A DNA stretch of 64,000 bases from an uncultured Anaerolineaceae bacterium (GTDB taxonomy: Bacteria; Chloroflexota; Anaerolineae; Anaerolineales; UBA4823). The stretch covers positions 526 through 64,525 of the forward strand of contig CAYQDF010000006.1 of NCBI GenBank assembly GCA_964416175.1. Direction: 5' to 3'. The position numbers and the translations under genes are program-made. The number at the start of each line of letters is the position of its first letter. Position 1 is the first letter of the stretch. The notes under the pieces are model-generated. The model was not told where the DNA came from and ran no database searches. It saw only the letters and a program-made list of their open reading frames with translations. This document shows positions 47,696 through 56,574 of the stretch, one piece after another.

Positions 47696-49633
47696 GTGAG
47701 GGATTCGATGGGCTTACTTTTGAAGGAAGCTGAAAGACCGGACGTGGAGGCCCTGGCGAAGCGCGGCGGGACGCCGGCGGTTCGCCGCCGCGCGCAGGCG
47801 CTCTTGCTCTACGACGAGGGCTTGCCGACCAGGGAAGTTGCGGGCCGGGTAGGCCTGTCCGCCAGCCAGACGCGATACTGGAAACAGCGCTACCAGGAGC
47901 AAGGCATAGCTATTTTCGCCAGGGAGGACCTGCGAGCCGTCCTGTTCTCCGAAGCTCTGGTCCCCGAAGAAAATGGATTGGGACGGACTGCGCTCGAAGC
48001 GCTGGAAGGCGACGGAGATCTGGCCCTGGAAGGAGCAGCGCGCGGCGCGGTCGAAGGCGAGCTGCCTGCTCCGGGAGAGGCTGTCTCCCCGGAAGAGCAG
48101 GGACAGCGGCCGCCAGCCCACCTGCGCCTGGCGGAGCACCGGCGCGACCTGGCGCTGGCGCTGTTCGACGGGACGCAGCCTGTCCACCAACTGTACTCCC
48201 GCGAACGTCGGCTGCTTGAGGCGGCTGCCCTCATCCAGCACCTCGAGGAAGATCAAAGGGGTGGTGGACAGGGCAAAGCAGGGCGCATATTAATCCTCTC
48301 CAATCCCCTGGCAGAGCTCGACCCGGAGGAAAACCAGATCGTAGAGTCTATCCTCGCATTCCAGCGTGGAGGCGTTAAACGTCTTGCCAGCGCTGGACCT
48401 GGAGAGGAGCATCCTCCCACGGAACGAACCGCGCTCATCCTGGCTGCCCTGTTGCGCATCGCGTTCGGCCTGGACGCGTCGGGAAGCCGGCAGACCCGGA
48501 TCCTGTCTATCGAAAGCCTGCCCGAAACGTTGAATATCCGGATAAAGGGCGCTGGGAAGGACGCCCGGTCTGCCGAAAGAAAGGCCAGGCTGTGGTCGGC
48601 GTTGTTCGGGCAGGCGGTCAGCATCCAGACCGACCGGTCCGGGAGGGAAAGTCAGACGCGGAACCGCCTGCAGGTCCTCCTGGACCGGAAAAGCCCCGGC
48701 GTGGAAGCGACCGACACCCTGGCGGAGGCCGGCCGGAAAGTGCTGGGCTACCACTTCGCCGAGATGGTGCGCCACGAAGAGGGCACCCGTTCCGGGGAGG
48801 ACATCGAGGAGCTGCACGACATGCGCGTCGCCACCCGGCGGATGCGGGCGGCCTTCGAGGTCTTCGCCGGCGGTTTCAAGCCTAAAGCGATCGATCCTTA
48901 CCTCAAAGGGCTGCGCGCCACGGGGAGGGCTCTGGGCCGTGTGCGCGACCTGGACGTCTTCATGGAGAAAGCCCGGCAGTATCTGGAATCCCTCCCGGAG
49001 GAAGCGCGTGGCGGGCTGGATCCCCTGTTGGAAGCCTGGCGGGAGGAGAGAGAGAAGAGCCGCGGCGAGATGCTGGCGCACCTGAACAGCGAGGACTACA
49101 CGGTGTTCAAACGCAGGTTCCTGGTGTTCCTCACTACACCGGGAGAAGGCGCAAGCCGGGCAGTCCCACCCACGCCGCAGCTGGTGCGCGAAGTCCTGCC
49201 TGTTCTGGTCTACACCCGCCTGGGCGCCGTGCGCGCCTTTGCCCCGGTCCTGGATTCCGCCACCCTCGACCAGCTGCACGCCCTGCGCATCGAATTCAAG
49301 AAGCTGCGCTACACGCTGGAATTCTTCCGCGAGGTCCTCGGCGGGGAGGCCAGGGGGCTAATCGAGGAGATCAAGGCCCTCCAGGACCACCTGGGGGACC
49401 TGAACGACGCCGACGTGGCCTGCCAGATCCTGCGCGACTTCCTGGACGAGTGGGAAAACCGCCAGCTGATGGTGCCGATCGACGAGCGGGAAGATCCGGA
49501 GCCGATCGTGGCCTACCTGGCGACCCGGCACGCCGAGCGCCACCGCCTGGTCGTCACCTTCCGGGAGGCGTGGGCGCGCTTCGACCGGCCGGAGGTCCGC
49601 GCCCGGTTCGCCGCTGCTGTGGCCGTGTTGTAA
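47696..49633 (+). CDS. HTH - degenerate Ppx/GppA C-terminal-like region - CHAD domain protein
   Basis: 645 aa. N-terminal HTH (LPTREVAGRVGLSASQTRYWKQRYQEQG). Central LLEAAALIQHLE segment resembles the Ppx HD region but lacks HD. C-terminal CHAD (HDMRVATRRMRAAFEVF, LHALRIEFKKLRYTLEFF). Confidence 0.75.
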   Translation: MRDSMGLLLKEAERPDVEALAKRGGTPAVRRRAQALLLYDEGLPTREVAGRVGLSASQTRYWKQRYQEQGIAIFAREDLRAVLFSEALVPEENGLGRTALEALEGDGDLALEGAARGAVEGELPAPGEAVSPEEQGQRPPAHLRLAEHRRDLALALFDGTQPVHQLYSRERRLLEAAALIQHLEEDQRGGGQGKAGRILILSNPLAELDPEENQIVESILAFQRGGVKRLASAGPGEEHPPTERTALILAALLRIAFGLDASGSRQTRILSIESLPETLNIRIKGAGKDARSAERKARLWSALFGQAVSIQTDRSGRESQTRNRLQVLLDRKSPGVEATDTLAEAGRKVLGYHFAEMVRHEEGTRSGEDIEELHDMRVATRRMRAAFEVFAGGFKPKAIDPYLKGLRATGRALGRVRDLDVFMEKARQYLESLPEEARGGLDPLLEAWREEREKSRGEMLAHLNSEDYTVFKRRFLVFLTTPGEGASRAVPPTPQLVREVLPVLVYTRLGAVRAFAPVLDSATLDQLHALRIEFKKLRYTLEFFREVLGGEARGLIEEIKALQDHLGDLNDADVACQILRDFLDEWENRQLMVPIDEREDPEPIVAYLATRHAERHRLVVTFREAWARFDRPEVRARFAAAVAVL

Positions 49634-49686
49634 AAGCAGATGCGTAAGTCGCGTCGATGACGTAACCATATCGGACCGCGCCTCAA

Positions 49687-50454
49687 CTACTCCAGCACCC
49701 CCTCCAGCTCTCTTCCCTGGAGCAGCATCTGGGCGAAGGCCTCCGGCAGGCCCTTCGCGCGGATGGCATTCACAGCCCGCTCGACGTCATATTCCAGCCG
49801 GAAGTGTTCCACCATAATCTTACTGGCAGAGATCTCCAACAAGGCGTAGCAGGCGCGTGAGTCGCCGTCGCCCGGCCTTCCAACGCTGCCGGTGTTGACG
49901 AACCAGGTCCCCTCCAACTGGTGGGCAAATGCCTGGTGGGAATGGCCAAAGACGATCCCATCGAAGTCGCGCCCGTATTTTTTCCTCGCCAGCCGCCTGA
50001 GTTCTATCAGGCGCTCGCCGGGCGTCGCCGGGACTAACGCCTCCGCGTTCGACGCGGGGCTGCCGTGGACCAGTAAGAATTCCTTGCCGTTCGCTGCCAG
50101 GTGTGTTTCTTCGGGCAAGGAACGCAAATACTCCAGACTTTCGGGCGAGAGCTGCTCAAAAGCCCATTTAAAGGCAAGATACTTCAAAGGGTGCTTGCTG
50201 TCTTGCCATTTCCTGTCTTTCCTCGGGAATTTGAGCACCTTGAGATCGTAATTGCCGATGATGGAAACGGCGTTCACCCGGCGGAGGCGATCCACGACCT
50301 CTTCGGGGAAGGCGCCGTAGCCCAGGAAATCGCCGACGTTCCAGATCGCGCTGGCGCCCCGCACCCCGGCGTGTGCCAGGACGGCCTCCAGGGCGGGCAG
50401 GTTGGCGTGGACGTCTCCGATCAGGGCGACGCGGGTCGAGGTTGTTCCGGACAC
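49687..50454 (-). CDS. Metallophosphoesterase (calcineurin-like; ApaH/PrpE/YfcE-type)
   Basis: 255 aa. Motifs GDVHAN, GDFLGYG, GNYD, GHSH. Confidence 0.8.
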   Translation of the reverse strand: MSGTTSTRVALIGDVHANLPALEAVLAHAGVRGASAIWNVGDFLGYGAFPEEVVDRLRRVNAVSIIGNYDLKVLKFPRKDRKWQDSKHPLKYLAFKWAFEQLSPESLEYLRSLPEETHLAANGKEFLLVHGSPASNAEALVPATPGERLIELRRLARKKYGRDFDGIVFGHSHQAFAHQLEGTWFVNTGSVGRPGDGDSRACYALLEISASKIMVEHFRLEYDVERAVNAIRAKGLPEAFAQMLLQGRELEGVLE

Positions 50455-50456
50455 AT

Positions 50457-50978
50457 TCAGGAAGGCGGGCGCAGCGGCGTCTCCAGCAGGACGCGATCTG
50501 TCCCGCGATCGATCTCCCAGGGATAAATAATGTGCGCGTCGGTGACGGCGGCGTAGTAATCCGGGCGGGCCGCGCTGAAGAGGTTACGGTACGGGTTGAA
50601 ATGCAGCACGCAGGTGTACGGGTAGCCGCCGGCGGCGACGATTCGGTTCTTGACCGAGGTGATCGTGCGCCCGGACCCCCACACGTCGTCGACCACCAGG
50701 GCGCGCCGGTCGCGCAGCAGGTGCTCCTCCGGGAACTGGAGGTACATGGGCCAGGCGTAGAGCCCCGTCTTTTCCATTTCCATTCGCGCCGGGAAGTCGA
50801 CCGCGGCGGTCAGGATGTGGGTGATGTTCAGGGCTTCTGCCAGCAGGCCGCCGGGGATGATACCGCCGCGGGTGATCAGCACCATCGCTTCGAACTCCAC
50901 CTCGAACTGGGGCACGAGGTGATCGATCAGGCCATCGACGTCACTCCAGGTGAGAATCTCACGCCGCATCTGGTCCAT
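50457..50978 (-). CDS. Phosphoribosyltransferase (purine PRT-like)
   Basis: 173 aa. PRPP-binding loop ALVVDDVWGSGRT. Confidence 0.75.
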   Translation of the reverse strand: MDQMRREILTWSDVDGLIDHLVPQFEVEFEAMVLITRGGIIPGGLLAEALNITHILTAAVDFPARMEMEKTGLYAWPMYLQFPEEHLLRDRRALVVDDVWGSGRTITSVKNRIVAAGGYPYTCVLHFNPYRNLFSAARPDYYAAVTDAHIIYPWEIDRGTDRVLLETPLRPPS

Positions 50979-51116
50979 AAGGATCTCCGATCATAGAATG
51001 TTTGCCGAGAGGAGGATTACGTCCGGGAACTTCCCCCATCCCTCGAGGAGGCGAGGGAGGTCCAACGGTTGGGCGTGTGCGGCAGTTACCGAACGTTCTC
51101 ATGACATCAATGGATA

Positions 51117-53846
51117 TTATAGCAAGGAAGGCGGGTTAACCTCGATGCGCCAGCCCTCCAGCGGGCGGCCACGCAGCAACCCGGCCGGGTCCGGGCCGAG
51201 CAGGATGACCTGCCAGCGGTGCAGGCCGCCCAGGCGGTCGAAGAAGCAGGGCACGGGCCCAATCAGGCGTGTGGTCCCCTGGCGCCCCTCGCCTTCGATC
51301 CATTCCCGGAGCTGGGCGGCAAGCGCCTCGGCTGCCCCTCGGGCTTTCGCCTCGCTGGTCTGGCGGGTCTCCAGGCGCACCAGCTGGTTGAAGGGCGGGT
51401 AGCCCAGTTCGCGGCGGTATCCCAATTCCCGGAGGTAGAACGCCTGGTAATCGTGTCCGGCGGCGGAGCGGATCACGTAATGGTCAGGCTGGTAAGTCTG
51501 CAAGATCACTTCGCCGCCCAGCGGGCTGCGCCCGGCCCGCCCGGCTACCTGGGTCAGCACCTGGAACACGCGCTCCGCGGCGTGGAAATCCGGGAGATTG
51601 AGGCCGACATCCGCCAGCACCACGCCGACCAGGGTCACCAGGGGCAGGTCCAGCCCCTTTGCCAGCATCTGCGTCCCGATCAGGATATCGGCGCGGTGGG
51701 CCAGGAAATGGTCCAGGATCAGCTCGTGGGCGCCTTTGTGGCGGGTGGTGTCGTAATCCCAGCGCAGCGTGCGGGCACCGGGGAACAGCACCTGGATCTC
51801 GCTTTCCACCCGCTCGGTGCCCGTGCCGAACTGGCGGATGGCCGCGCTGCCGCAGTTCGGGCACGATGCCGGCATCCCCCGCCGGTAGCCGCAGTGATGG
51901 CAAGTCAGACCGGTCGTTTCAGCCCCCTGCCGGCTTTTCCCCTCCTTGAGACCGGGCGGTCCGGCTGGGGTGAGGCTCCTGGGAGAGCGCGGCGGGGCGT
52001 GGTACGTGAGGGGCGTGCCGCAGCGCGGGCAGCGCAGGCTCTCTCCGCAGTCCCGGCAGAACACGTACGTCGCCGTTCCCCGCCGGTTCAAGAACAGGAT
52101 CGCCTGCTGCCCGGCTTCGAGCACCCGGGCGAGGCCGGTTTGCAGGCTCCGGCTAAAGATCGAGCGGTTGCCCTTCTTTAGTTCCTGCCGCATGTCGATC
52201 ACCCGCACCGGGGGCAGGTCGGTCGTCTCCGCCAGGTGTTCCAGGGGACGGTAGTGGGTGCGCGTTCTTTCTACGGGGAGCCCCCTGATCTGCTCGTCCA
52301 GCACCTGGCGGTGCGCCAGGATGCGGTCCGGCAGGCGCAGATAGCGCCAGCTGCCCTGATCGGCGCGGTACCGGCTCTCCAGGTCCGGGGTGGCGGAGCC
52401 TAACAGGCACACCGCGCCGGTCAGACGGGCGTAAGCGACGGCGACCTCCCGGGCGTGGTAGTAGGGGGGCGATTCGCTCTGGTAGTAGCTGTCGTCGTGG
52501 CACTCGTCGACCACGATCAAGCCGGGGTCCGGCAGGGGGGTGAACAGCGCGGAACGCGGCCCGACGATGACCCGCAACTCGCCGCGGCGGGCGCGCCGCC
52601 AGGTATCGTACCGTTCCCCCGGTGAAAGCCTGGAATGGACCAGCCCGACCAGCCCGGGGAAGCGCGCCTGGAAGCGGCGGACAGTCTGCGGAGTGAGCGC
52701 GATCTCGGGCACCAGGACCAGGGCGCTCCTACCCAGGCGGAGGACTTCCGCTGCGGCGTGCAGATAAATCTCCGTCTTTCCCGAGCCGGTGACGCCGTGC
52801 AGCAGAAAGGGGGCGCCGGTCTGCGCTTCCAGTCCAGCAGAGCTCTCTGGCGCGTTCCCTTGGGTGATGTTTCGTCCAGGCGCTTCGCCAGGTTCAGCGC
52901 CAGCTCGTCGCTGGCTGAGCCTGGCGAAGTCGGCGGAGATCGCGGTGCGGATCGCTTCCCAGGCGGCCTGCTGCTCCCGGATCAGCGGGGGCGGCTCCTT
53001 GGGGACGATATTCGATCCGGCCAGGGGGTCGCGCCAGGCCTGGCTCTCCCCCAAATGCACCAACCCCCGGTCAGCCAGGTAACGCAGGTCCGCGGCGCTC
53101 CCGCCGGTCGCGGCATAGACCCAGGCCACCTCCACCGGGCTGGGAGCCTGGGCCAGGCAGCGCAGGATCGCCCGGCGCCGGTGGAAAGCTTCGGAGCCTG
53201 GCCGACCGAGGGCGCCGTGTTGCTCCTCGACCGCCTCGGGTGGTATAGCGAGGCTGGCGGTGCGGACGGTCTTGGGTTTCACGACCGGGGGTTGTAAGAC
53301 CGTCTGGCTGGTGACCAGCCCGCGCCGGAGTAAGGCGCGCATGGCCGACCGCCAGTTGGCCCGCGGCAACGCCCGGTCGAGCTGGCGCCCCAACAGCGGC
53401 CCGCGGCGGAAGAGAAGGTCCAGCAGGCGCCGTTGGAGGTCGGTCAGCTGCTGCGGGCCTGACGCGGCGGAGCGACCTACCGCCCGATAGGACGTGTCGG
53501 CTACCTGCGCCAGCCCGACCGGCAACATCAGGCTGATGCAGGACGACAGAGGCGCCAGCGTGGTGTATGCCAGGTGCTCTGCCAGGGCCAGCTGGGCGGG
53601 CGTTACGGCGACTTCCGGGTCGATCAGGGCAAGCACCGCCTTCGTTTCCCTGACCGCTGGCGCCTCCACCTGGCGCAGGACCACGCCCTGGACGCGCTGC
53701 TTCCCGAAAGGGACTTCCACCAGGTGGCCGGGAATTACGACCCCCTCCAACTCCGGAGGCAGATGGTAGTGAAAGACGCCTGACACCTGGGGGACGTTGA
53801 CGGCGATCTCCAGGTAAGTCAGGGCGGGGGCAGGATCGGATTTCAC
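51117..53846 (-). CDS. priA: Primosomal protein N' (replication restart helicase PriA)
   Basis: 909 aa. Walker A GVTGSGKTE, DECHD box, Cys-rich Zn region CRDCGESLRCPRCGTPLTYH...CHHCGY...CPNCGS with a Pro/Arg-rich insert. Confidence 0.9.
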   Translation of the reverse strand: MKSDPAPALTYLEIAVNVPQVSGVFHYHLPPELEGVVIPGHLVEVPFGKQRVQGVVLRQVEAPAVRETKAVLALIDPEVAVTPAQLALAEHLAYTTLAPLSSCISLMLPVGLAQVADTSYRAVGRSAASGPQQLTDLQRRLLDLLFRRGPLLGRQLDRALPRANWRSAMRALLRRGLVTSQTVLQPPVVKPKTVRTASLAIPPEAVEEQHGALGRPGSEAFHRRRAILRCLAQAPSPVEVAWVYAATGGSAADLRYLADRGLVHLGESQAWRDPLAGSNIVPKEPPPLIREQQAAWEAIRTAISADFARLSQRRAGAEPGEAPGRNITQGNAPESSAGLEAQTGAPFLLHGVTGSGKTEIYLHAAAEVLRLGRSALVLVPEIALTPQTVRRFQARFPGLVGLVHSRLSPGERYDTWRRARRGELRVIVGPRSALFTPLPDPGLIVVDECHDDSYYQSESPPYYHAREVAVAYARLTGAVCLLGSATPDLESRYRADQGSWRYLRLPDRILAHRQVLDEQIRGLPVERTRTHYRPLEHLAETTDLPPVRVIDMRQELKKGNRSIFSRSLQTGLARVLEAGQQAILFLNRRGTATYVFCRDCGESLRCPRCGTPLTYHAPPRSPRSLTPAGPPGLKEGKSRQGAETTGLTCHHCGYRRGMPASCPNCGSAAIRQFGTGTERVESEIQVLFPGARTLRWDYDTTRHKGAHELILDHFLAHRADILIGTQMLAKGLDLPLVTLVGVVLADVGLNLPDFHAAERVFQVLTQVAGRAGRSPLGGEVILQTYQPDHYVIRSAAGHDYQAFYLRELGYRRELGYPPFNQLVRLETRQTSEAKARGAAEALAAQLREWIEGEGRQGTTRLIGPVPCFFDRLGGLHRWQVILLGPDPAGLLRGRPLEGWRIEVNPPSLL

Positions 53847-53862
53847 TTTATTCGTCGAACGA

Positions 53863-55197
53863 TCAACCTGGAATTGTCCCCTTTTCCAGGCGCGCCAGCC
53901 TCACCCGAGAGATGCGCAGGCCGTCCATGGCCTCCACCTGGATGCGGAGGCCATCGCTCTCTATGGCGTCTTTCACCTTGGGGATGCGGTTGAATTTACC
54001 GAGCACATACCCGGCAATGGTGTCGTAATTGCGGTCATTCAGATCCAGGCCGAGATTCTGGTTGACGTCTTCGATCAGCGTCAGTCCATCGATCAGGTAC
54101 GACCCGTCCGGGAGGGCCTGGATCTCCGGAGTGAACACGTCGAAGGGATCGCTGACCTCCCCGACGATCTCCTCCAGCAGGTCTTCCAGCGTCACCAGGC
54201 CGGCCGTGCCGCCGAACTCGTCCAGGACGAGCGCGATGTGCTGGCGGTTGTGGCGGAAGTGGTGGAGCAGGGCGCTGACGGAGATCGTCTCCGGCACGAA
54301 GATCGGCTCCCGCACCAAGGACCGCGCGGTGCAGGTTTCCCAGCCAGTGCTCTGCATGGCGCGCAGGATGTCTTTGACATGGACGACGCCCAGGATGTTG
54401 TCGAGGTCGTCGTCGTAGACCGGGAATTTCGTGTACGTCGATTCGGTTATCAATGAAACGATCTTGTCCAGCGGGAGGTCCGCTTCCACTGCGACGATTT
54501 CGGTGCGCGGGATCATGACCTGCCTCACCAGGAGGTCGCCGAAATTGAAGACCGCGTAGATCATCTCTCGTTCCGGGGGACGGATCAGACCGCCTTCGCT
54601 GCTGGCGGATACCAGCATCTTCAATTCTTCAACGGAATGCACCAGTTCATGCCCTGAGGCAGGCTGCACGCCGATCAAGCGCAGCAGGGCGTTGCCGGTG
54701 CCGTTCAGCAGCCAGATCGCCGGTTTGAAGATCCATTCGCTCCACAGGGTCGGGCGGGCGATGAGCAAGGAGGTGCGTTCCGGGTTCTGCAGGGCGATGG
54801 ATTTGGGCGCCAGCTCGCCGACGACCACGTGCAGGAAGGTGATCATCCCAAAGGCCAGACCCGCAGAGATGCTGTGCGCGACTCCCTCCTGGATGTTCGC
54901 CGGGAATAGATTCACGATCGGCTCCAGCAGGTGCGCCAGCGCAGGTTCCCCGATCCAGCCCAGGCCCAGGCTGGCCAGTGTGATGCCGAGCTGGGTGGCG
55001 GCGATCACCCGATCTGGGTTCTTCAAGGCTTTCTGGACCGCTGCGGCGGAGAGGTCGCCCCGCGAAACCAGTTCGGCGATGCGCGTATGGCGCACGCTCA
55101 CCAGGGAGAATTCGGCGGCAACGAAAAAGCCGTTCAGCAGGACCAGGATGAAGACCGCGAACAGGCCGAGGACATCAGCAGATATGGCGGTTTCCAT
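53863..55197 (-). CDS. CNNM/HlyC-CorC family transporter (DUF21-CBS pair-CorC_HlyC)
   Basis: 444 aa. Four N-terminal TM helices, a CBS pair, and the C-terminal CorC_HlyC domain. Confidence 0.85.
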   Translation of the reverse strand: METAISADVLGLFAVFILVLLNGFFVAAEFSLVSVRHTRIAELVSRGDLSAAAVQKALKNPDRVIAATQLGITLASLGLGWIGEPALAHLLEPIVNLFPANIQEGVAHSISAGLAFGMITFLHVVVGELAPKSIALQNPERTSLLIARPTLWSEWIFKPAIWLLNGTGNALLRLIGVQPASGHELVHSVEELKMLVSASSEGGLIRPPEREMIYAVFNFGDLLVRQVMIPRTEIVAVEADLPLDKIVSLITESTYTKFPVYDDDLDNILGVVHVKDILRAMQSTGWETCTARSLVREPIFVPETISVSALLHHFRHNRQHIALVLDEFGGTAGLVTLEDLLEEIVGEVSDPFDVFTPEIQALPDGSYLIDGLTLIEDVNQNLGLDLNDRNYDTIAGYVLGKFNRIPKVKDAIESDGLRIQVEAMDGLRISRVRLARLEKGTIPG

Positions 55198-55203
55198 GGG
55201 GAG

Positions 55204-56067
55204 TCAACTGGTCCACGCGCTGCTTGTTTGGGTGATCACGGCGGCCGCATACCCGACCACTTCTGAGTAGTCTCCGGTCACGTCTCCGGAGGTGGCATGG
55301 TGGAGTACCTGCACCCGGTCGGCGCCCAGCTCCCGGGCCGCCCACAATACTGCCGCCAGCGCAAACCGCCCACAGGCGAAGCCCCTGCCTTCGTCTTCCA
55401 CCCGGATCACGCCCTGCGGGTCGAATGCCTCCACCTGGCGCAGCAGCTCTGCGTCCAGGGCCTTCGCCTGGGTCTGCGGGTAGAAGTGGGAGAGGTCTGT
55501 GCTGGCGACCAGAAGGGAATTGCGACCGGAAAGCGTTTTCGCGAGAGCCTTGCCGAGCGTTCGGCTGACTTCCGCCGACTGGCTGCGAACCATGACCGGC
55601 AGCAGACGGAATGGGCCGGCCAGGGCGCGTTGGAGGAACGGCAGTTCGATCTCCAGGGAATGCTCCGGGTCGTTCCGCACGCGCGCGAGCCCAAACCCCA
55701 GGTCTTCGACCAGGAGGTCGTCCAATTCTTCCAGGGCGCCCTGCTCGATGTGGACCGGGCCGAGGGGGGTCTGGTACGCTGCGTGGGCTGAGGTCAGCAG
55801 CGGCGGCTGGTAAGGGTGGTGCATGGGAGAGACGACCGCCACCAGGTCCGGTTGTAAGCCCCGCAGCGGCGCGAAGGCGTAGCCGGCCACCGGACCGGAG
55901 TAAAGGTGGCCGGCGTGGGGCGCGACGACCCCCACGATGCGGCCTTCGATGGGGGGTAGCTGGGCTGCGGCCATGTAATCATCCACGCTGCCGGCCAGGC
56001 GGCGCGCGTCGCCCGGGTACCAGCGGCCGGCGATGGGTGAGGGACGGGCATCGAGGGTGGTGTTCAT
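55204..56067 (-). CDS. MEMO1-family protein (AmmeMemoRadiSam system protein B-like)
   Basis: ATG 56067 preferred (MNTTLDARPSPIAGRWYPG...); the track start at 56109 is also possible. VAPHAGHLYSGPVAGYAF motif. Confidence 0.8.
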   Translation of the reverse strand: MNTTLDARPSPIAGRWYPGDARRLAGSVDDYMAAAQLPPIEGRIVGVVAPHAGHLYSGPVAGYAFAPLRGLQPDLVAVVSPMHHPYQPPLLTSAHAAYQTPLGPVHIEQGALEELDDLLVEDLGFGLARVRNDPEHSLEIELPFLQRALAGPFRLLPVMVRSQSAEVSRTLGKALAKTLSGRNSLLVASTDLSHFYPQTQAKALDAELLRQVEAFDPQGVIRVEDEGRGFACGRFALAAVLWAARELGADRVQVLHHATSGDVTGDYSEVVGYAAAVITQTSSAWTS

Positions 56068-56129
56068 AATGCTGATTAATTCTAGCATAATCCAGACCCA
56101 ATGTCCCATTCCCCGAATCCAGCTGTGTT

Positions 56130-56165
56130 AGGAGTTACGCAGTTCAGGCAACCTCCTACCAACTG
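56130..56165 (+). repeat. Conserved non-coding element, copy B (core)
   Basis: AGGAGTTACGCAGTTCAGGCAACCTCCTACCAACTG, partner of 30785-30821. Located about 105 nt upstream of the SelW-like gene. Confidence 0.7.
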
Positions 56166-56271
56166 GATAAGTCCTATATGTTATACTAATTTCATCCTGA
56201 AAGCCTGCTCCCGCCCAGGGATGGGCCGCAACCCAACCTGCATCCAGATATGATATAAGGAGACGATGCCG

Positions 56272-56508
56272 ATGAAGAAAGTCGAGCTGGTGTATTGTGC
56301 CGTCTGACATTACACAGAGCGCGCTGCCAGTCTGGCGGCTGAGCTGTTGAAGGAGTTCGAGTTCCAGATCGAGAGTCTAACCCTGGTGCCTTCCGATGGA
56401 GGCCGGTTTGAAGTCATGGTCGATGACCAGCTCGTATATTCCAAGCTCCGGACCGGCCGCCACGCCGAACCCGGGGAGATAGCCGGGCTGATTCGCAAAC
56501 TGATTTAA
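56272..56508 (+). CDS. SelW/SelT/SelH (Rdx) family selenoprotein, CxxU motif; TGA 56305-56307 read as selenocysteine
   Basis: Not in the ORF track. AAGGAGA SD 8 nt before the ATG. Translation: MKKVELVYCAVUHYTERAASLAAELLKEFEFQIESLTLVPSDGGRFEVMVDDQLVYSKLRTGRHAEPGEIAGLIRKLI. Matches the Rdx pattern YCxx(C/U)...ELL...P..GG.FEV.VD..L[IV][YW]SK...G. A hairpin follows the TGA. Confidence 0.8.
56318..56345 (+). promoter_or_regulatory. SECIS-like stem-loop downstream of the SelW-like UGA
   Basis: GCUGCC-AGUCU-GGCGGC (56323-56339) with outer AGC/GCU pairs. The apical loop lies about 22 nt after the UGA and contains GU. Confidence 0.5.
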
Positions 56509-56574
56509 TCGAAATCCCCGATTTATTTGCGGGAATGCAGCTCCCAGGGTCTGGGGAAAGGATGAACGGGATCG

